Both the position numbers and the translations under genes were made by a program. Of a stretch of 64,000 nucleotides of DNA, positions 30,697 through 40,876 are shown piece after piece (within the stretch, counting starts at the first letter, position 1; each line of letters opens with the position of its first letter). Below the pieces are notes generated by a model. The model did not search any database. It was not told the DNA's origin and was given only the letters and a program-made list of their open reading frames with translations. The DNA is from Vulcanimicrobiota bacterium (GTDB lineage Bacteria; Vulcanimicrobiota; Vulcanimicrobiia; Eremiobacterales; Eremiobacteraceae), in the NCBI GenBank assembly GCA_963812135.1, contig CAWETU010000001.1:1376001-1440000 (forward strand), in the 5' to 3' direction.

Positions 30697-32097
30697 ATGG
30701 GCATGCATGAGTTCGATCTTTGCGTCGTCGGCGCGGGTAGCGCCGGATATGCGGCGGCGACGACCGCGCGCCGCATGGGAAAGCGCGCTGCGCTCGTCGA
30801 TTGGGATGGGCCGCTCGGCGGATTGTGCATCTTGCGCGGCTGCATGCCGTCGAAGACCGAATTGCGCTCGGCGGAGGTCGCGCATCTCGCGCGGACCGCA
30901 TGGGAAGTGGGTGTACGGGTCGAGGGCGTCACGCCGGACGTGCCCGCCGTGGTCGCGCGCCAGCGGCGCATTATCGAGGGCTTTGCGGACTACCGGGTGA
31001 GCGGCATCAAAGAGTTTCCGCTCTTCCAAGGGCAGCCCAAGTTCCGAAGCGGCACCGAGCTCGCGGTCGGCGATGAGATCATCCGCGCGCACAAATTCGT
31101 CGTCAGCACTGGTTCCGTGATCAATGTGCCTGAGATTCCGGGTTTGCATGAGACCGGCTATGTGACCAGCGACGACGTGCTCGAGATGGAGCGCCCGCCG
31201 AGAAGCTTCATCACGCTTGGTGGCGGGCCGACCGGATGCGAGCTCTCGCAATATCTGCTGCGTATGGGGTGCTCGGTGACGATGTTGCAGCGCAGCCCGA
31301 CGCTGCTTTCGGCCGAAGACAGCGACATCGGCGCTTCACTCGGCGCCGCGCTCGAGGAAGATGGCATCGAGGTGCACACGGGCATCAAGCTCAAGCGGAT
31401 CGAACGGGTAGGATCGCGCAAACGCGTCGTGGCGCAGCGCGGGCCTGAGGAGCTCGTGGTCGAGGCCGATGAGATCTTCATGGCGCTTGGACGGCGCCCG
31501 AACGTGGAGAGCTTCGGCTTGGAAGCGGCGGGCGTCGGCTTCGACCGCAAGGGCGTGAAGGTCGACGAGTACCTCCAGACCACGAACCCGGACATCTTCG
31601 CGGCCGGCGATGTGATCGGACGTTTCGAGTTGGTGCACGTCGCGGTGTACGAAGGGCAGCTCGCGGCACAGAACGCGTTCTCGGCCGCGAAGAAGAAGGC
31701 GGACCACGACTTGCATTTCGCGCGCGCGTGTTTCACGGATCCGCAAGTCGCGATCGCGGGAAAGACCGAGCGAGAATGCCTCGCCGCAGGCATCGTGTAT
31801 TCGGTCGCGACGTATCCGTTCAACGACCTCGGCAAGGCGATCAGCACCAATTTGACCCAAGGATTCGTCAAGATGCTCGCCGCGTCTGACGGCCGCCTGC
31901 TCGGCGTGTCGCTCGTCGGCGCCGAAGCCGCGGACCTCATCCACGAAGCCATCGCATTGCTGTATTTCAAGGCGAACGTGCGCGATATCTTGGAGATGCC
32001 CCACCTCCACCCGACGCTGGCGGAGATCATCACGTACCCAGCCGAAGAGCTGTGCGAGCGGCTCGAAGGTGAGGCGCATGTCCTCGTCACCCCGTAG
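30697..32097 (+). CDS. Pyridine nucleotide-disulfide oxidoreductase (Lpd/MerA-like)
   Basis: GAGSAG, GGLCILRGCMPSK redox disulfide, AAGD, HPTLAE. Confidence 0.85.
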   Translation: MGMHEFDLCVVGAGSAGYAAATTARRMGKRAALVDWDGPLGGLCILRGCMPSKTELRSAEVAHLARTAWEVGVRVEGVTPDVPAVVARQRRIIEGFADYRVSGIKEFPLFQGQPKFRSGTELAVGDEIIRAHKFVVSTGSVINVPEIPGLHETGYVTSDDVLEMERPPRSFITLGGGPTGCELSQYLLRMGCSVTMLQRSPTLLSAEDSDIGASLGAALEEDGIEVHTGIKLKRIERVGSRKRVVAQRGPEELVVEADEIFMALGRRPNVESFGLEAAGVGFDRKGVKVDEYLQTTNPDIFAAGDVIGRFELVHVAVYEGQLAAQNAFSAAKKKADHDLHFARACFTDPQVAIAGKTERECLAAGIVYSVATYPFNDLGKAISTNLTQGFVKMLAASDGRLLGVSLVGAEAADLIHEAIALLYFKANVRDILEMPHLHPTLAEIITYPAEELCERLEGEAHVLVTP

Positions 32098-32887
32098 GCG
32101 CTCGCTCTTCGAACATCCCCGGCTCTACGATCTCGCATTCGGCTTCCGAGATTTCGTGGAGCAATGCGATGGCCTGCTCGCGCTTGCGGAGCGCTACGGC
32201 GCACGCACGCCGAGTTCGGCGGTGGAATTGTGCTGCGGACCCGCGCATCATCTGCGCGAGCTGAGCAGCCGTGGCATGCGCGGCTACGGCATCGATCAGA
32301 ACCCCGAGATGCTCGCGTATGCGCGCAGCCTAAGCCGGCGCGATAAGGCGGATGTGAAGATCCTGCGCGCGGACATGCGGACGTTTCAGCTGCCCGAGCG
32401 GGTCGACATGGCGTATTGTCTCTTCGACTCGTTTTGCCACAACACGACGGACGCAGATGCGATCGCGACCCTGCGCGCCACCGCCGGAGCGCTGCGTCGC
32501 GGCGGCGTGTTCATCGCCGAGCTGACGCATCCCGCCGATTTCTTCGCCGACACCCGACCGCGGGGTTCGCGTGGTCTGGGCAGATGGACGCAGCGTTATC
32601 CGGACGTCTCGATCACCACGCGCTTCGCGCACACCAACGTCGATCCGATCGAAGAGACGTTTGAACCGAGCATCGAGATCGACGCGCGCTATCGCGACGG
32701 ACGCAAGCCGATCCGCATCCTCGACCGCCTCCACTACCGGATCTGGCTGCCCAGCGGTTTGCGCAACGTCGCCGCGGCGAGCGGCTGCTTCGATATCGTC
32801 GGCTGGCACGGCGATCTGACGCCCGGAGTCCCGCTGAGCATGCGCGATGAGGCGTGGCAGATGGTGGTCGTGATGCGCCGCCGCTGA
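32078..32887 (+). CDS. Class I SAM-dependent methyltransferase
   Basis: ELCCGPA motif I, ADMRTF, LRRGGVF. Confidence 0.8.
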   Translation: MSSSPRRRSLFEHPRLYDLAFGFRDFVEQCDGLLALAERYGARTPSSAVELCCGPAHHLRELSSRGMRGYGIDQNPEMLAYARSLSRRDKADVKILRADMRTFQLPERVDMAYCLFDSFCHNTTDADAIATLRATAGALRRGGVFIAELTHPADFFADTRPRGSRGLGRWTQRYPDVSITTRFAHTNVDPIEETFEPSIEIDARYRDGRKPIRILDRLHYRIWLPSGLRNVAAASGCFDIVGWHGDLTPGVPLSMRDEAWQMVVVMRRR

Positions 32888-33855
32888 TGAAGATCGCCAT
32901 CGTCGGCGTGCCCGGGTGGTCCAAACGCCTGCAGCCCAAACTCGGCGGCGGCTTTGACATCGTCGAAGTCGATGCGTCCGAGGGGGAGCAACTCGCGCTG
33001 GCCTTGGCCGACGCCGACATCGTCATCAGCGGCAGGTTCAATGCGCGCACGGCGGCGTTATGCCGCTCGCTCAAATTGCTCATCTGCCCGTGGGCGGGCA
33101 CCGAGAACATCGATCGATATGCGCTGCCGCCCGGCGTGAAGTTCGTTAACGCGGGCGGCACCGAGGAGCCGATCGCAGAGCACGTGATCGGCGTGCTGGT
33201 GGCGTTGCGCCGCCGGCTTCTCGACGCGGACCGCAAGCTGCGCGATGGGATCTGGGCCTATGGCTTTTGGGGCGGCGCGTTCGTCGAAGAGATCTTGGGC
33301 TCGACGCTGGGGCTGCTGGGCTACGGGCGCATCGGCCGCGAGGTGGTCAAGCGCGCCGCGGCGTTCGGAGTACGCTGCCGCGCGCTCACGTTGCATCCCG
33401 AACGGATCGCGGCAGCTGAGGCGGCATGCGAGGTCGGCCCGCTCGCCGATCCGGCGTCGGTCGATTCGCTCGTCGCGTGGTCCGACGCGCTCGTCATCTG
33501 CTGCGAGCTGTCGGATCTGACCCGCGGCATGCTCGCCGGCCGCAGGCTCGGATTGATGAAGCCCACAGCCGTCTTGATCAACGTAGCGCGCGCGCCGATC
33601 GTCGTCGAGCGCGACCTGTACGAGACGCTGCGTGACAAGCGCATCGCCGGAGCGGCGCTCGACGTATGGTATCAGTATCCGCGGACCCGCGGGGAACGCG
33701 CGGTACCGTCGGCATTTCCGTTTGGCGATCTCGACAATGTCATCATGACGCCGCATTATAGCGGTTGGACGGCTGCAGCGCTCGAACGCCGCGTCGAAGG
33801 CATCGCGCGTACGATTCGGTCGTTCGCCGCAGAGCCGTCGAGCGCGAGGGGTTAG
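32887..33855 (+). CDS. D-2-hydroxyacid dehydrogenase
   Basis: GYGRIG, INVAR, ALDVW, TPH. Confidence 0.85.
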   Translation: MKIAIVGVPGWSKRLQPKLGGGFDIVEVDASEGEQLALALADADIVISGRFNARTAALCRSLKLLICPWAGTENIDRYALPPGVKFVNAGGTEEPIAEHVIGVLVALRRRLLDADRKLRDGIWAYGFWGGAFVEEILGSTLGLLGYGRIGREVVKRAAAFGVRCRALTLHPERIAAAEAACEVGPLADPASVDSLVAWSDALVICCELSDLTRGMLAGRRLGLMKPTAVLINVARAPIVVERDLYETLRDKRIAGAALDVWYQYPRTRGERAVPSAFPFGDLDNVIMTPHYSGWTAAALERRVEGIARTIRSFAAEPSSARG

Positions 33856-34547
33856 CGGTCGATCAGCTTCCGCGCCCGCGCGAACACGCTGCCCAACATC
33901 GCAAACGTGAGCTTCCCCGTGTTCGTGTTCTGGCGGCTGGGATGGTAACTCGCCAGCAGCATGAGATCGGGCCGGCCCTCGGCGCGCAGGGCGTAGGCGG
34001 CGGCATGGCTGAAACGCGGCCGGCTCCCGCCCTCCACGGCGTAGCCGCGTTCGCGCAGCCGGTCGTACGCGATGTCGAAACCGATCTTGCCCAAACCGAC
34101 GACCACGCGCAACCGCGGTAGAAGGTCGAGCTCGGCGCGCATGTGGATCGCGCAATTCGCGATCTGCCTGGACGTCGGCTTGTTCTTGGGCGGCGCGCAG
34201 CGCAGCGCGGCGGTCATGAACGCGTCGATGAGCTCGAAGCCGTCGTCGCGGTGCGTGGATGTGGGCTGCGTGGCGAACCCGGTGTCGAAGAGCGCGCGGG
34301 CGAGCCACGTGGCCGAGCCGTCGCCTGTGAACATGCGTCCGGTGCGATTGCCGCCGTGCGCCGCCGGCGCGAGGCCGACGATCAGCACGCGCGCGTCCGC
34401 GCGACCGATGCTGGGGACCGGCTTGCCCCAGTAGACCTCCTGCGCGAACTCGCGCTTGCGCACGCGCGCGATTTGCGCGCAATAGCGGCGCAGCTCGGGG
34501 CAGCGGCGGCACGCGACGATGCGCGCGCGGACTTTCGCGAGCGTCAA
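33852..34547 (-). CDS. udgB: Uracil-DNA glycosylase family 5 (Fe-S, UdgB type)
   Basis: CRRCPEL, GLAPAAHGGNRTGRMFTGD, RCAPP.NKP, YHPSRQNT. Confidence 0.85.
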   Translation of the reverse strand: MTLAKVRARIVACRRCPELRRYCAQIARVRKREFAQEVYWGKPVPSIGRADARVLIVGLAPAAHGGNRTGRMFTGDGSATWLARALFDTGFATQPTSTHRDDGFELIDAFMTAALRCAPPKNKPTSRQIANCAIHMRAELDLLPRLRVVVGLGKIGFDIAYDRLRERGYAVEGGSRPRFSHAAAYALRAEGRPDLMLLASYHPSRQNTNTGKLTFAMLGSVFARARKLIDR

Positions 34548-35575
34548 GTGCACCGCGCCGCGATGCCGAGCCGCTGCATGTCGTATGCAAGCGTCGGCGG
34601 CAGGCCTTGCTCGAGCGGACGCGGCTCGTAGCCAAGCGTAGCCTTGGCCTTGTTGTTGTCGCCGATGTAGGTGACGCCCGCGCTCACGCGCAGCGCCTCG
34701 CCGGAGAACGTCGACGGCAGCGGGAGAACCGCTCCAAGGACGTCCATGGAAGCAGCCATGGCGCGCATCATCGATGGACCGGGATGGATGCGCGGCGCCT
34801 TGATGCCCGTGGTCTTCTCCGCGAGCGCGAGCGCGTCGATGAGGGTGTGCGGCGGACCGGCGATGATGTACGATTCTCCCGGCGTGCCGCGCTCCATCGC
34901 AAGGATGTGCGCGCGAGCCATATCGTCGACGTATCCCCAGCAAAACGCGGTGCCACGCGGTGCGAGCGGCAGACGGCCTTTGAGATACAGCTCGAGCGAC
35001 GCCCCGAGCGCGCTCGTATCGCCCGGTCCGTATGCGGCGCCGGGCATGACGATCACGAGCGGTAACCCGCCGGCGATCATCGGTTCGGCGACTTCGTGAT
35101 GCGCCACCCACTTCGTGCGGTCGTATTCCGACAACCACGGGCCGCCGGCCGTGCGATAGGATTCGTCCACAAGCTTGCCGTGCGTGTCGCCATTGACGGC
35201 GAGCGTGCTCGTGTACACCCCTTTGGGGATGCGAAGCTCTTTCATCATCGCGAGGACGTTGCGCGTGCCCTCGATATTGATCGCGGCACCGGCGCCGGGG
35301 TGTCGATCACCGATCTTATACCACCCGGCGATGTGGAAGACGCCGTCGACACCGCTCATCGGCGCGCGCATGGTCTCGGCGTCGGTGACGTCGCCGGGAT
35401 GCACCGCGATGCCAAGGTCTGTGAGATCGCGGGCTTTTGCGGGATCGCGCGCGAGCGCGACGACCGAGTGGCCCGCCGACACCAATTGTCGCGCGACGCG
35501 GCCGCCGATGAAGCCCGTCGCGCCCGTCACGAAATATCTCACGCGATCGGCGTTTTGTGTCCTGACATAGGGCAC
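34544..35575 (-). CDS. NAD-dependent epimerase/dehydratase (start may be GTG 35542)
   Basis: TGATGFIG, YDRTK, YGPGD. Confidence 0.85.
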   Translation of the reverse strand: MPYVRTQNADRVRYFVTGATGFIGGRVARQLVSAGHSVVALARDPAKARDLTDLGIAVHPGDVTDAETMRAPMSGVDGVFHIAGWYKIGDRHPGAGAAINIEGTRNVLAMMKELRIPKGVYTSTLAVNGDTHGKLVDESYRTAGGPWLSEYDRTKWVAHHEVAEPMIAGGLPLVIVMPGAAYGPGDTSALGASLELYLKGRLPLAPRGTAFCWGYVDDMARAHILAMERGTPGESYIIAGPPHTLIDALALAEKTTGIKAPRIHPGPSMMRAMAASMDVLGAVLPLPSTFSGEALRVSAGVTYIGDNNKAKATLGYEPRPLEQGLPPTLAYDMQRLGIAARCT

Positions 35576-35647
35576 CTTTAGGGCAAAGCAGGACGCCTAC
35601 TTCGGCGACGCCAAGGCGCGGCGTTGCTTCATTTTGAAAGGAACGAC

Positions 35648-36082
35648 ATGGCAATCCGCACAGCACAGGCTCAATGGATCGGCGACAGTCGGTCCGGCAA
35701 CGGACACATGCGCGTCGGCAGCGGCGCGTTCGACGTCGCGTATTCGTTCGCGACGCGATTCGGCGACGCCGCCGGCACCAATCCAGAGGAGCTCATCGGC
35801 GCCGCGCATGCGGGCTGTTTCAGCATGGCGACCGCGGGTGCGCTGACGCGAGCCGGCCATCCGCCTACGAGCATCGAAACCACCGCGAAGGTGTCGATCG
35901 AACAAAAACCGGAGGGCTTTCGGATCACCGGCATCGAGCTGGATACCAGCGCGGTTGTGCCCGGCATCGACGAGTCGCAGTTCAAAACCATCGCAGAAGA
36001 AGCCAAGAAGACGTGCCCGGTGTCCGTGGCGCTTTCGAGCGTGCCGATCACTCTGCGCGCGACGCTCAAAAGCTCGGCGTGA
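35648..36082 (+). CDS. osmC: OsmC family peroxiredoxin
   Basis: GTNPEELIGAAHAGCFSMA, CPVS; AAAGGA RBS. Confidence 0.92.
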   Translation: MAIRTAQAQWIGDSRSGNGHMRVGSGAFDVAYSFATRFGDAAGTNPEELIGAAHAGCFSMATAGALTRAGHPPTSIETTAKVSIEQKPEGFRITGIELDTSAVVPGIDESQFKTIAEEAKKTCPVSVALSSVPITLRATLKSSA

Positions 36083-36936
36083 TCCGCAGAGCGCGGTTCA
36101 TCGCCGGCTTGTCGTGCGCCGCGCTCGCGCCTGCGGTTGTGCAGGCGGCCGCCACGCCGCCGCCGGCCGACGTCGAACTGCCCGGGTTTTTCAAAGGCGG
36201 CCGGCCGTTCTTGCGCCTGACGTTGAACGACGGTTCGCATGCGATCGCCTGGCTCGACACCGACGGCGGCGGGTTTATCACGAAAGCGCTCGCGCTGCGC
36301 CAGCGGCTGGCTGTCGCCGGCGGCCGCGCACCGCTGCCCGCGTTTGTGGATCAACTGCCGCCGATCGGCGGAGACGGCACGCTTGCGGTGATCGATTCGG
36401 ATCCAAAGGACGTCATCTTGGCCGGCATCGACCTGCAGCTCGGCGGGTCGTGGTTCGCGGGTCGCGTGTGGACGATCGATTATCGCAACGACCAGATCTT
36501 GTGGCATCCGGACAACCACGCGGTCGCCTCCGACGCCGTCAATCCGGTCAATCTGCATTTCCCGGCCGGACCGTATCCGACGCTGCCGGTCGTCGTCGAG
36601 GGAGAATTGATCGAGATGGCGCTCGACACGGCGGCGTCGGTCGTCGAGCGGACGGGGACGGTGGCCGCCACGAGTTTCGTCACGCAGGCTCGGATGACGA
36701 AGTGGCATGCGGCACATCCCGACTGGAGCTTCCACAACATCTCGCCAGGCGTGGACCGGATCGACATACCCGAAGTCCGCGTGCTCGGCATTGCGTTGGG
36801 TGGCGTTTCGTTCACCACGCGGCCTGGAGACGACGTGTTCGCGGGCGAGACGTTGGCGGGTAAGCTCGGCTCGAACGCTTGGGCATTCCGAGTCCTTTTA
36901 CTCGACTATGTCCGCGGAATCGCGGCGTTCGACTAA
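36079..36936 (+). CDS. Tat-exported protein with two retropepsin-like aspartyl-protease motifs
   Basis: RRARFIAGL Tat-like signal; WLDTDGG and ALDTAAS; G.LG motifs. Confidence 0.6.
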   Translation: MIRRARFIAGLSCAALAPAVVQAAATPPPADVELPGFFKGGRPFLRLTLNDGSHAIAWLDTDGGGFITKALALRQRLAVAGGRAPLPAFVDQLPPIGGDGTLAVIDSDPKDVILAGIDLQLGGSWFAGRVWTIDYRNDQILWHPDNHAVASDAVNPVNLHFPAGPYPTLPVVVEGELIEMALDTAASVVERTGTVAATSFVTQARMTKWHAAHPDWSFHNISPGVDRIDIPEVRVLGIALGGVSFTTRPGDDVFAGETLAGKLGSNAWAFRVLLLDYVRGIAAFD

Positions 36937-36939
36937 ACC

Positions 36940-37926
36940 ATGCGACTGCTGATCCTTGGCGGTACAAAATTTCTCGGGCCGCATCTCGTCGATGCCGCGC
37001 TTGCGGCCGGCCATGAGGTGACGCTGTTCAACCGCGGCAAGAACGCGCCGCCGCGCGACGGCGTCGAGTCGATCGTCGGCGATCGCGACGGCGGCCTGTC
37101 CGCATTGGATGGGCGGCGCTGGGATGCTGTCATCGACACATGCGGCTTTGCGCCGCGGGTCGTGCGCGCGTCGGTCGAAGCGCTGCGTGCGCGCGTCGGA
37201 CAGTATGCATTCGTCTCGACCATCAGCGTCTATCCCGAGACGTTCGGCGGCGGCTTCGGCGAGGAAGAACCGGTGATACGGCTTGAGGATCCGAGCGTCG
37301 AAGTGGTCACGCCGGAGACGTATGGCGGACTAAAGGCGCTGTGCGAAGGCGAGGTGATCGCCGGCATGGGTGCTCGGGCGCTGATCGTGCGCCCAGGCTT
37401 GATCGTCGGGCCGCTCGATCCGTCGGATCGTTTCACGTATTGGCCTCATCGGTTCGCGATGGGCGGCGACGTGCTTGTGCCAGGCTCGCGTGACGCGCAT
37501 GTCTCATTCATCGACGCGCGCGACCTGGCGCAGTGGATGGTCGCGTCGGCGGAAAGCGGCCTTGCGGGAACGTTCAATGCGAGCGGCTTGTATGGCGCGA
37601 CCACGATGGGGGCGGTGATCGACGCATGCGCCGAGGCCGCCGAATCCGGCACGCCCGTATGGGTGGGCGAAACGTTCTTGGTGGGAAGCGGCGTGACGCC
37701 CTGGACCGAGCTACCCCTATGGATACCGCAAGGAGAAGACAATATCGTCAAAGCGAGCTCCGCGCGAGCTGTCGCCGCGGGCTTGAGCTATCGTCCGCTG
37801 GCCGAGACAGTGCGCGCGACGCTCGACTGGACGAGAAGCCTGGGCCTGGAACGCGCGCTGCGCGCGGGACTGAGCCGCGCGCGCGAATCCGAACTCTTGG
37901 CTCAATGGAAGAGCGCTGCTGGATAA
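36940..37926 (+). CDS. NAD-dependent epimerase/SDR (isoflavone reductase-like)
   Basis: GGTKFLG, YGGLKALCE, RPGLIVGP.D. Confidence 0.85.
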   Translation: MRLLILGGTKFLGPHLVDAALAAGHEVTLFNRGKNAPPRDGVESIVGDRDGGLSALDGRRWDAVIDTCGFAPRVVRASVEALRARVGQYAFVSTISVYPETFGGGFGEEEPVIRLEDPSVEVVTPETYGGLKALCEGEVIAGMGARALIVRPGLIVGPLDPSDRFTYWPHRFAMGGDVLVPGSRDAHVSFIDARDLAQWMVASAESGLAGTFNASGLYGATTMGAVIDACAEAAESGTPVWVGETFLVGSGVTPWTELPLWIPQGEDNIVKASSARAVAAGLSYRPLAETVRATLDWTRSLGLERALRAGLSRARESELLAQWKSAAG

Positions 37927-37943
37927 GACCGAAAGGCCCGCCT

Positions 37944-38843
37944 ATGAAGAACATAGCTGAGGAATGGCCCGCGCTGCCGCTGCGCGAGTGGCGCGAAACG
38001 TGCGATACGATCCACTTGTACTCGCAGATCCCAGGGAAGATCCGGCTCGCGCTCGCGCCGTTTGAGCCGGAATGGAACCACGTGCCGCTGTATGCCGCCG
38101 CGCGCGGACTCACGACGAGCCCGATGCCGTACCAGGGGAGAGCATTCGAGCTCGCGTTTGACTTCATCGCGCACAAGTTCGTCATCGCCGTCAGCGACGG
38201 TCAAGCCAAATTCATCGATCTCGGCGTGCGCCCCGCGGTCGCGGACTTTTACGCCGACGTGATGGCCGGCCTGCGCGAGTGCGGTATCGAGGTGCAGATC
38301 AACGCGAAGCCGCAGGAAGTGGCCAACCCGATCAATTTCAGCGAAGATCGCACGCACGCGTCGTACGACAAGGCGGCGGTCGAGCGCTTCTGGCGGGTCT
38401 TGATCGGCGTCGATGCGGTGCTCAAGGCACACCGCGCACCGTTTCACGGGCGACACACGCCGGTGCAGCTGTGGTGGGGCTCGTTCGACCTGGGTTACGA
38501 ACGCTTTTCCGGGCGGTGGTTGACGCCGCCGGCGAACGTGGGACTGCTCATGCGCGTCGGCGGCGACGCGGAGCAGATCAACGTCGGTTTCTGGCCCGGT
38601 GACGATCGCTTTCCGGAACCTGCGTTTTTCGCGTATGGGTTTCCGAAGCCCGACGGGGTGGAGAACGCGTCGATCAAACCGGCGGCGGCGTTCTGGAACA
38701 AGGAAATCGGAGAGTTCATGCTGCGCTATGAGGATGTTCGACGCGCGCCCTCACCTCGCGACGCGATCCTCGAATTCGCGCGCAGCACGTACGACGCCGC
38801 GGCGACCCTGATGAAATGGGATCCGGCGCTCAAAGGCGAGTAA
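37944..38843 (+). CDS. Conserved protein, DUF5996-like
   Basis: WP.L....W..T..T.HL..QI.GK, WGSFDL, GFWPG recalled from the family. Confidence 0.7.
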   Translation: MKNIAEEWPALPLREWRETCDTIHLYSQIPGKIRLALAPFEPEWNHVPLYAAARGLTTSPMPYQGRAFELAFDFIAHKFVIAVSDGQAKFIDLGVRPAVADFYADVMAGLRECGIEVQINAKPQEVANPINFSEDRTHASYDKAAVERFWRVLIGVDAVLKAHRAPFHGRHTPVQLWWGSFDLGYERFSGRWLTPPANVGLLMRVGGDAEQINVGFWPGDDRFPEPAFFAYGFPKPDGVENASIKPAAAFWNKEIGEFMLRYEDVRRAPSPRDAILEFARSTYDAAATLMKWDPALKGE

Positions 38844-38849
38844 GCAGCG

Positions 38850-39968
38850 TTAGTGGCGCACAGTGGCGAGCAGCGTCACCACGCCGACGACGATCTCGAT
38901 GGCGATCAGCACGATGACGATGAGCTCGAGGAACTCGCTGCGCGCGCTTTGCGCGCGGTCGATCAAATAGCGATAGACTTCATTCACGCTGTCGAGCTTG
39001 CTCTCGATCTGCCGCTGCCAGACGTCAAGCGCGAGGCGCGAGGCGACGGCGCGATAGACGCGCGCGTAGTACGCGTCGCCAACGATCTTCAGCGCGTTGC
39101 TGGCCCGGTCGGCGAGCTCCCTGATGTCGACGAGCAAATGGCCCAGCGCTTCGGCGCGCTGGTCCGCTTCGCGCCGGTGCAGCGGCCGCCATTGGCTCCG
39201 TGGCGGCAGCCCGGTGGCGTGGATGGCGTCGAGCTCTGCGTCAAGACGCGTGTCGTACGTGCGGAACTCGACGAGTTGTGAGTTCGCGAACTCGATGAGG
39301 TCGAGGAGGACCTGTGCGTTCTCGCGGCTGTCGAAGATGAACGCCGCATCCCACTGCACGACGACGAGGTCATCGGGGAAGTAGCTGAAGCGCAGGCGCA
39401 AGCTCTCGACCTCTTCTTCGGGTGAGAGCGGAAGCTGCTCGGCCAGCATGAGCGCGACGATCGCCGCGCCGTGCGCAGACACCAGCGTCGCGGCGTCTCG
39501 TGGAGCGGCGAGCTCCTCGACCGCCGACGTGAAATAGTCCTCGACTAGCGTCGCGTGCGGTTCGATCAGCGCGGGTGCGCCGTCGCGCATCACATCGGCG
39601 AGCAGCCGGCGCGCTTCGTTGATCAATCGATCGCCCTTGCGCAGGCTGATGTTGAGATCGACGAACCCTGACCACGGGCCCGAATATGGAAATGCGAAGC
39701 GGATGGAGATGACGCCGTAATCGTAGATCTTGGCGCGCGTCGTCGCAGTGATGCCGTCGAGCGTGATCGACGGGAGATTGGCGGCGAGCGGCGGTATGGC
39801 GAACTGGATGTGCTCGTGGGCCGGTGCCGCGCGCAGTATGAGCGGCGCGGGCTCAGCGCTCTCACCTGCGATTCTACCGAGTCTCGTGAGATCGATGGTG
39901 TCGGCCACATCGAAAAGGAAGCTCGCGTAGAAGGTGGCTGAGGTTATCGAGGGGGCGTCGAGCGGCAT
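38850..39968 (-). CDS. RMD1/DUF155-like protein with C-terminal TM helix
   Basis: DLVVVQWDAA, E.ANSQL.E.R.YD, GD.YYARVY, LELIVIVLI. Confidence 0.65.
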   Translation of the reverse strand: MPLDAPSITSATFYASFLFDVADTIDLTRLGRIAGESAEPAPLILRAAPAHEHIQFAIPPLAANLPSITLDGITATTRAKIYDYGVISIRFAFPYSGPWSGFVDLNISLRKGDRLINEARRLLADVMRDGAPALIEPHATLVEDYFTSAVEELAAPRDAATLVSAHGAAIVALMLAEQLPLSPEEEVESLRLRFSYFPDDLVVVQWDAAFIFDSRENAQVLLDLIEFANSQLVEFRTYDTRLDAELDAIHATGLPPRSQWRPLHRREADQRAEALGHLLVDIRELADRASNALKIVGDAYYARVYRAVASRLALDVWQRQIESKLDSVNEVYRYLIDRAQSARSEFLELIVIVLIAIEIVVGVVTLLATVRH

Positions 39969-40073
39969 GCGGGCATTGTCGCCGCGCTGACGGCGAGAAT
40001 CCTCCTTTGACATGGTGCGCGGGCAGGACAACGCCGTTCTCCCAACAAGTCCGCGGGAGAAGAAGGAGCGCAC

Positions 40074-40871
40074 ATGCTGAACACTTCCAATATCGGCTTG
40101 CTATCCGTTGGCATCTGCGTGGCCATCATGATCGCGGGCGCGATCGGATATCTCGGTGCGAGGCGCCTGGCCGCAAAGCCGGGCCCCGATGACGCGCCGT
40201 TCGGCATCCTGCAGGCGGCAGCGTTCGGCATGGTCGGCCTGCTGCTCGGCTTTTCGTTTTCGCTGGCGGTCGCGCGCTTCGATCAGCGGCGCCAGATCAC
40301 CGTCCGCGAGGCCAACGCGATCGGTACCACGATTCTGCGTACCGATCTGCTCAGGCCGCCGGTCGCGCAGCAGATGCGCGAGCTGCTTCGCAAATATGTG
40401 GAAGCGAGAATCGAATACGCCGCGGCCGGCACGCATGCAGAGGAGCGGCTGGTTCCCGGCCGCCGCAGCGACGAATTGCAACGCCAGATGTGGGCGTTGG
40501 CGGTCTCGGAGTCGCGAAAAGATACGCACTCGACCATGGTGGCGCTCTTCCTGCTCACGATGAACGAGACGATCGACATCAGCTCGGAGCAGGCGGCGGC
40601 GCTCGACGCGATCATCCCGCCGTCCGTGCTTGCGATCGTCATAATCGTCGTCATTATTTCGGCTTCGCTTCTGGGCGCTAGCTTCGGCAGGGCTGGGCGC
40701 TTCGACTGGTTGGCATTCTTGCTCTTCGCAGTAATGCTCGCGCTCGTTATCGGCACGATTTTGGATCTCGATCGCCCGCAAGGCGGCCTCATCAAGATCT
40801 CACTCGCGCCGTTGCAGGCAGTCCAAAAACTGCTGGAGCCGGCGCCGGTTTCGCCAACCCCGAGACCGTAG
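40074..40871 (+). CDS. DUF4239/bestrophin-like membrane protein
   Basis: LLGFSFS.A..RF..RR, EANAIGT, DLDRP..G. Confidence 0.7.
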   Translation: MLNTSNIGLLSVGICVAIMIAGAIGYLGARRLAAKPGPDDAPFGILQAAAFGMVGLLLGFSFSLAVARFDQRRQITVREANAIGTTILRTDLLRPPVAQQMRELLRKYVEARIEYAAAGTHAEERLVPGRRSDELQRQMWALAVSESRKDTHSTMVALFLLTMNETIDISSEQAAALDAIIPPSVLAIVIIVVIISASLLGASFGRAGRFDWLAFLLFAVMLALVIGTILDLDRPQGGLIKISLAPLQAVQKLLEPAPVSPTPRP

Positions 40872-40876
40872 ACTCC

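Noticed and set aside
30697..32097. Mercuric reductase MerA
   Set aside because: Lacks the C-terminal Cys-Cys pair and mer neighbours; it has the HPTxxE motif instead.
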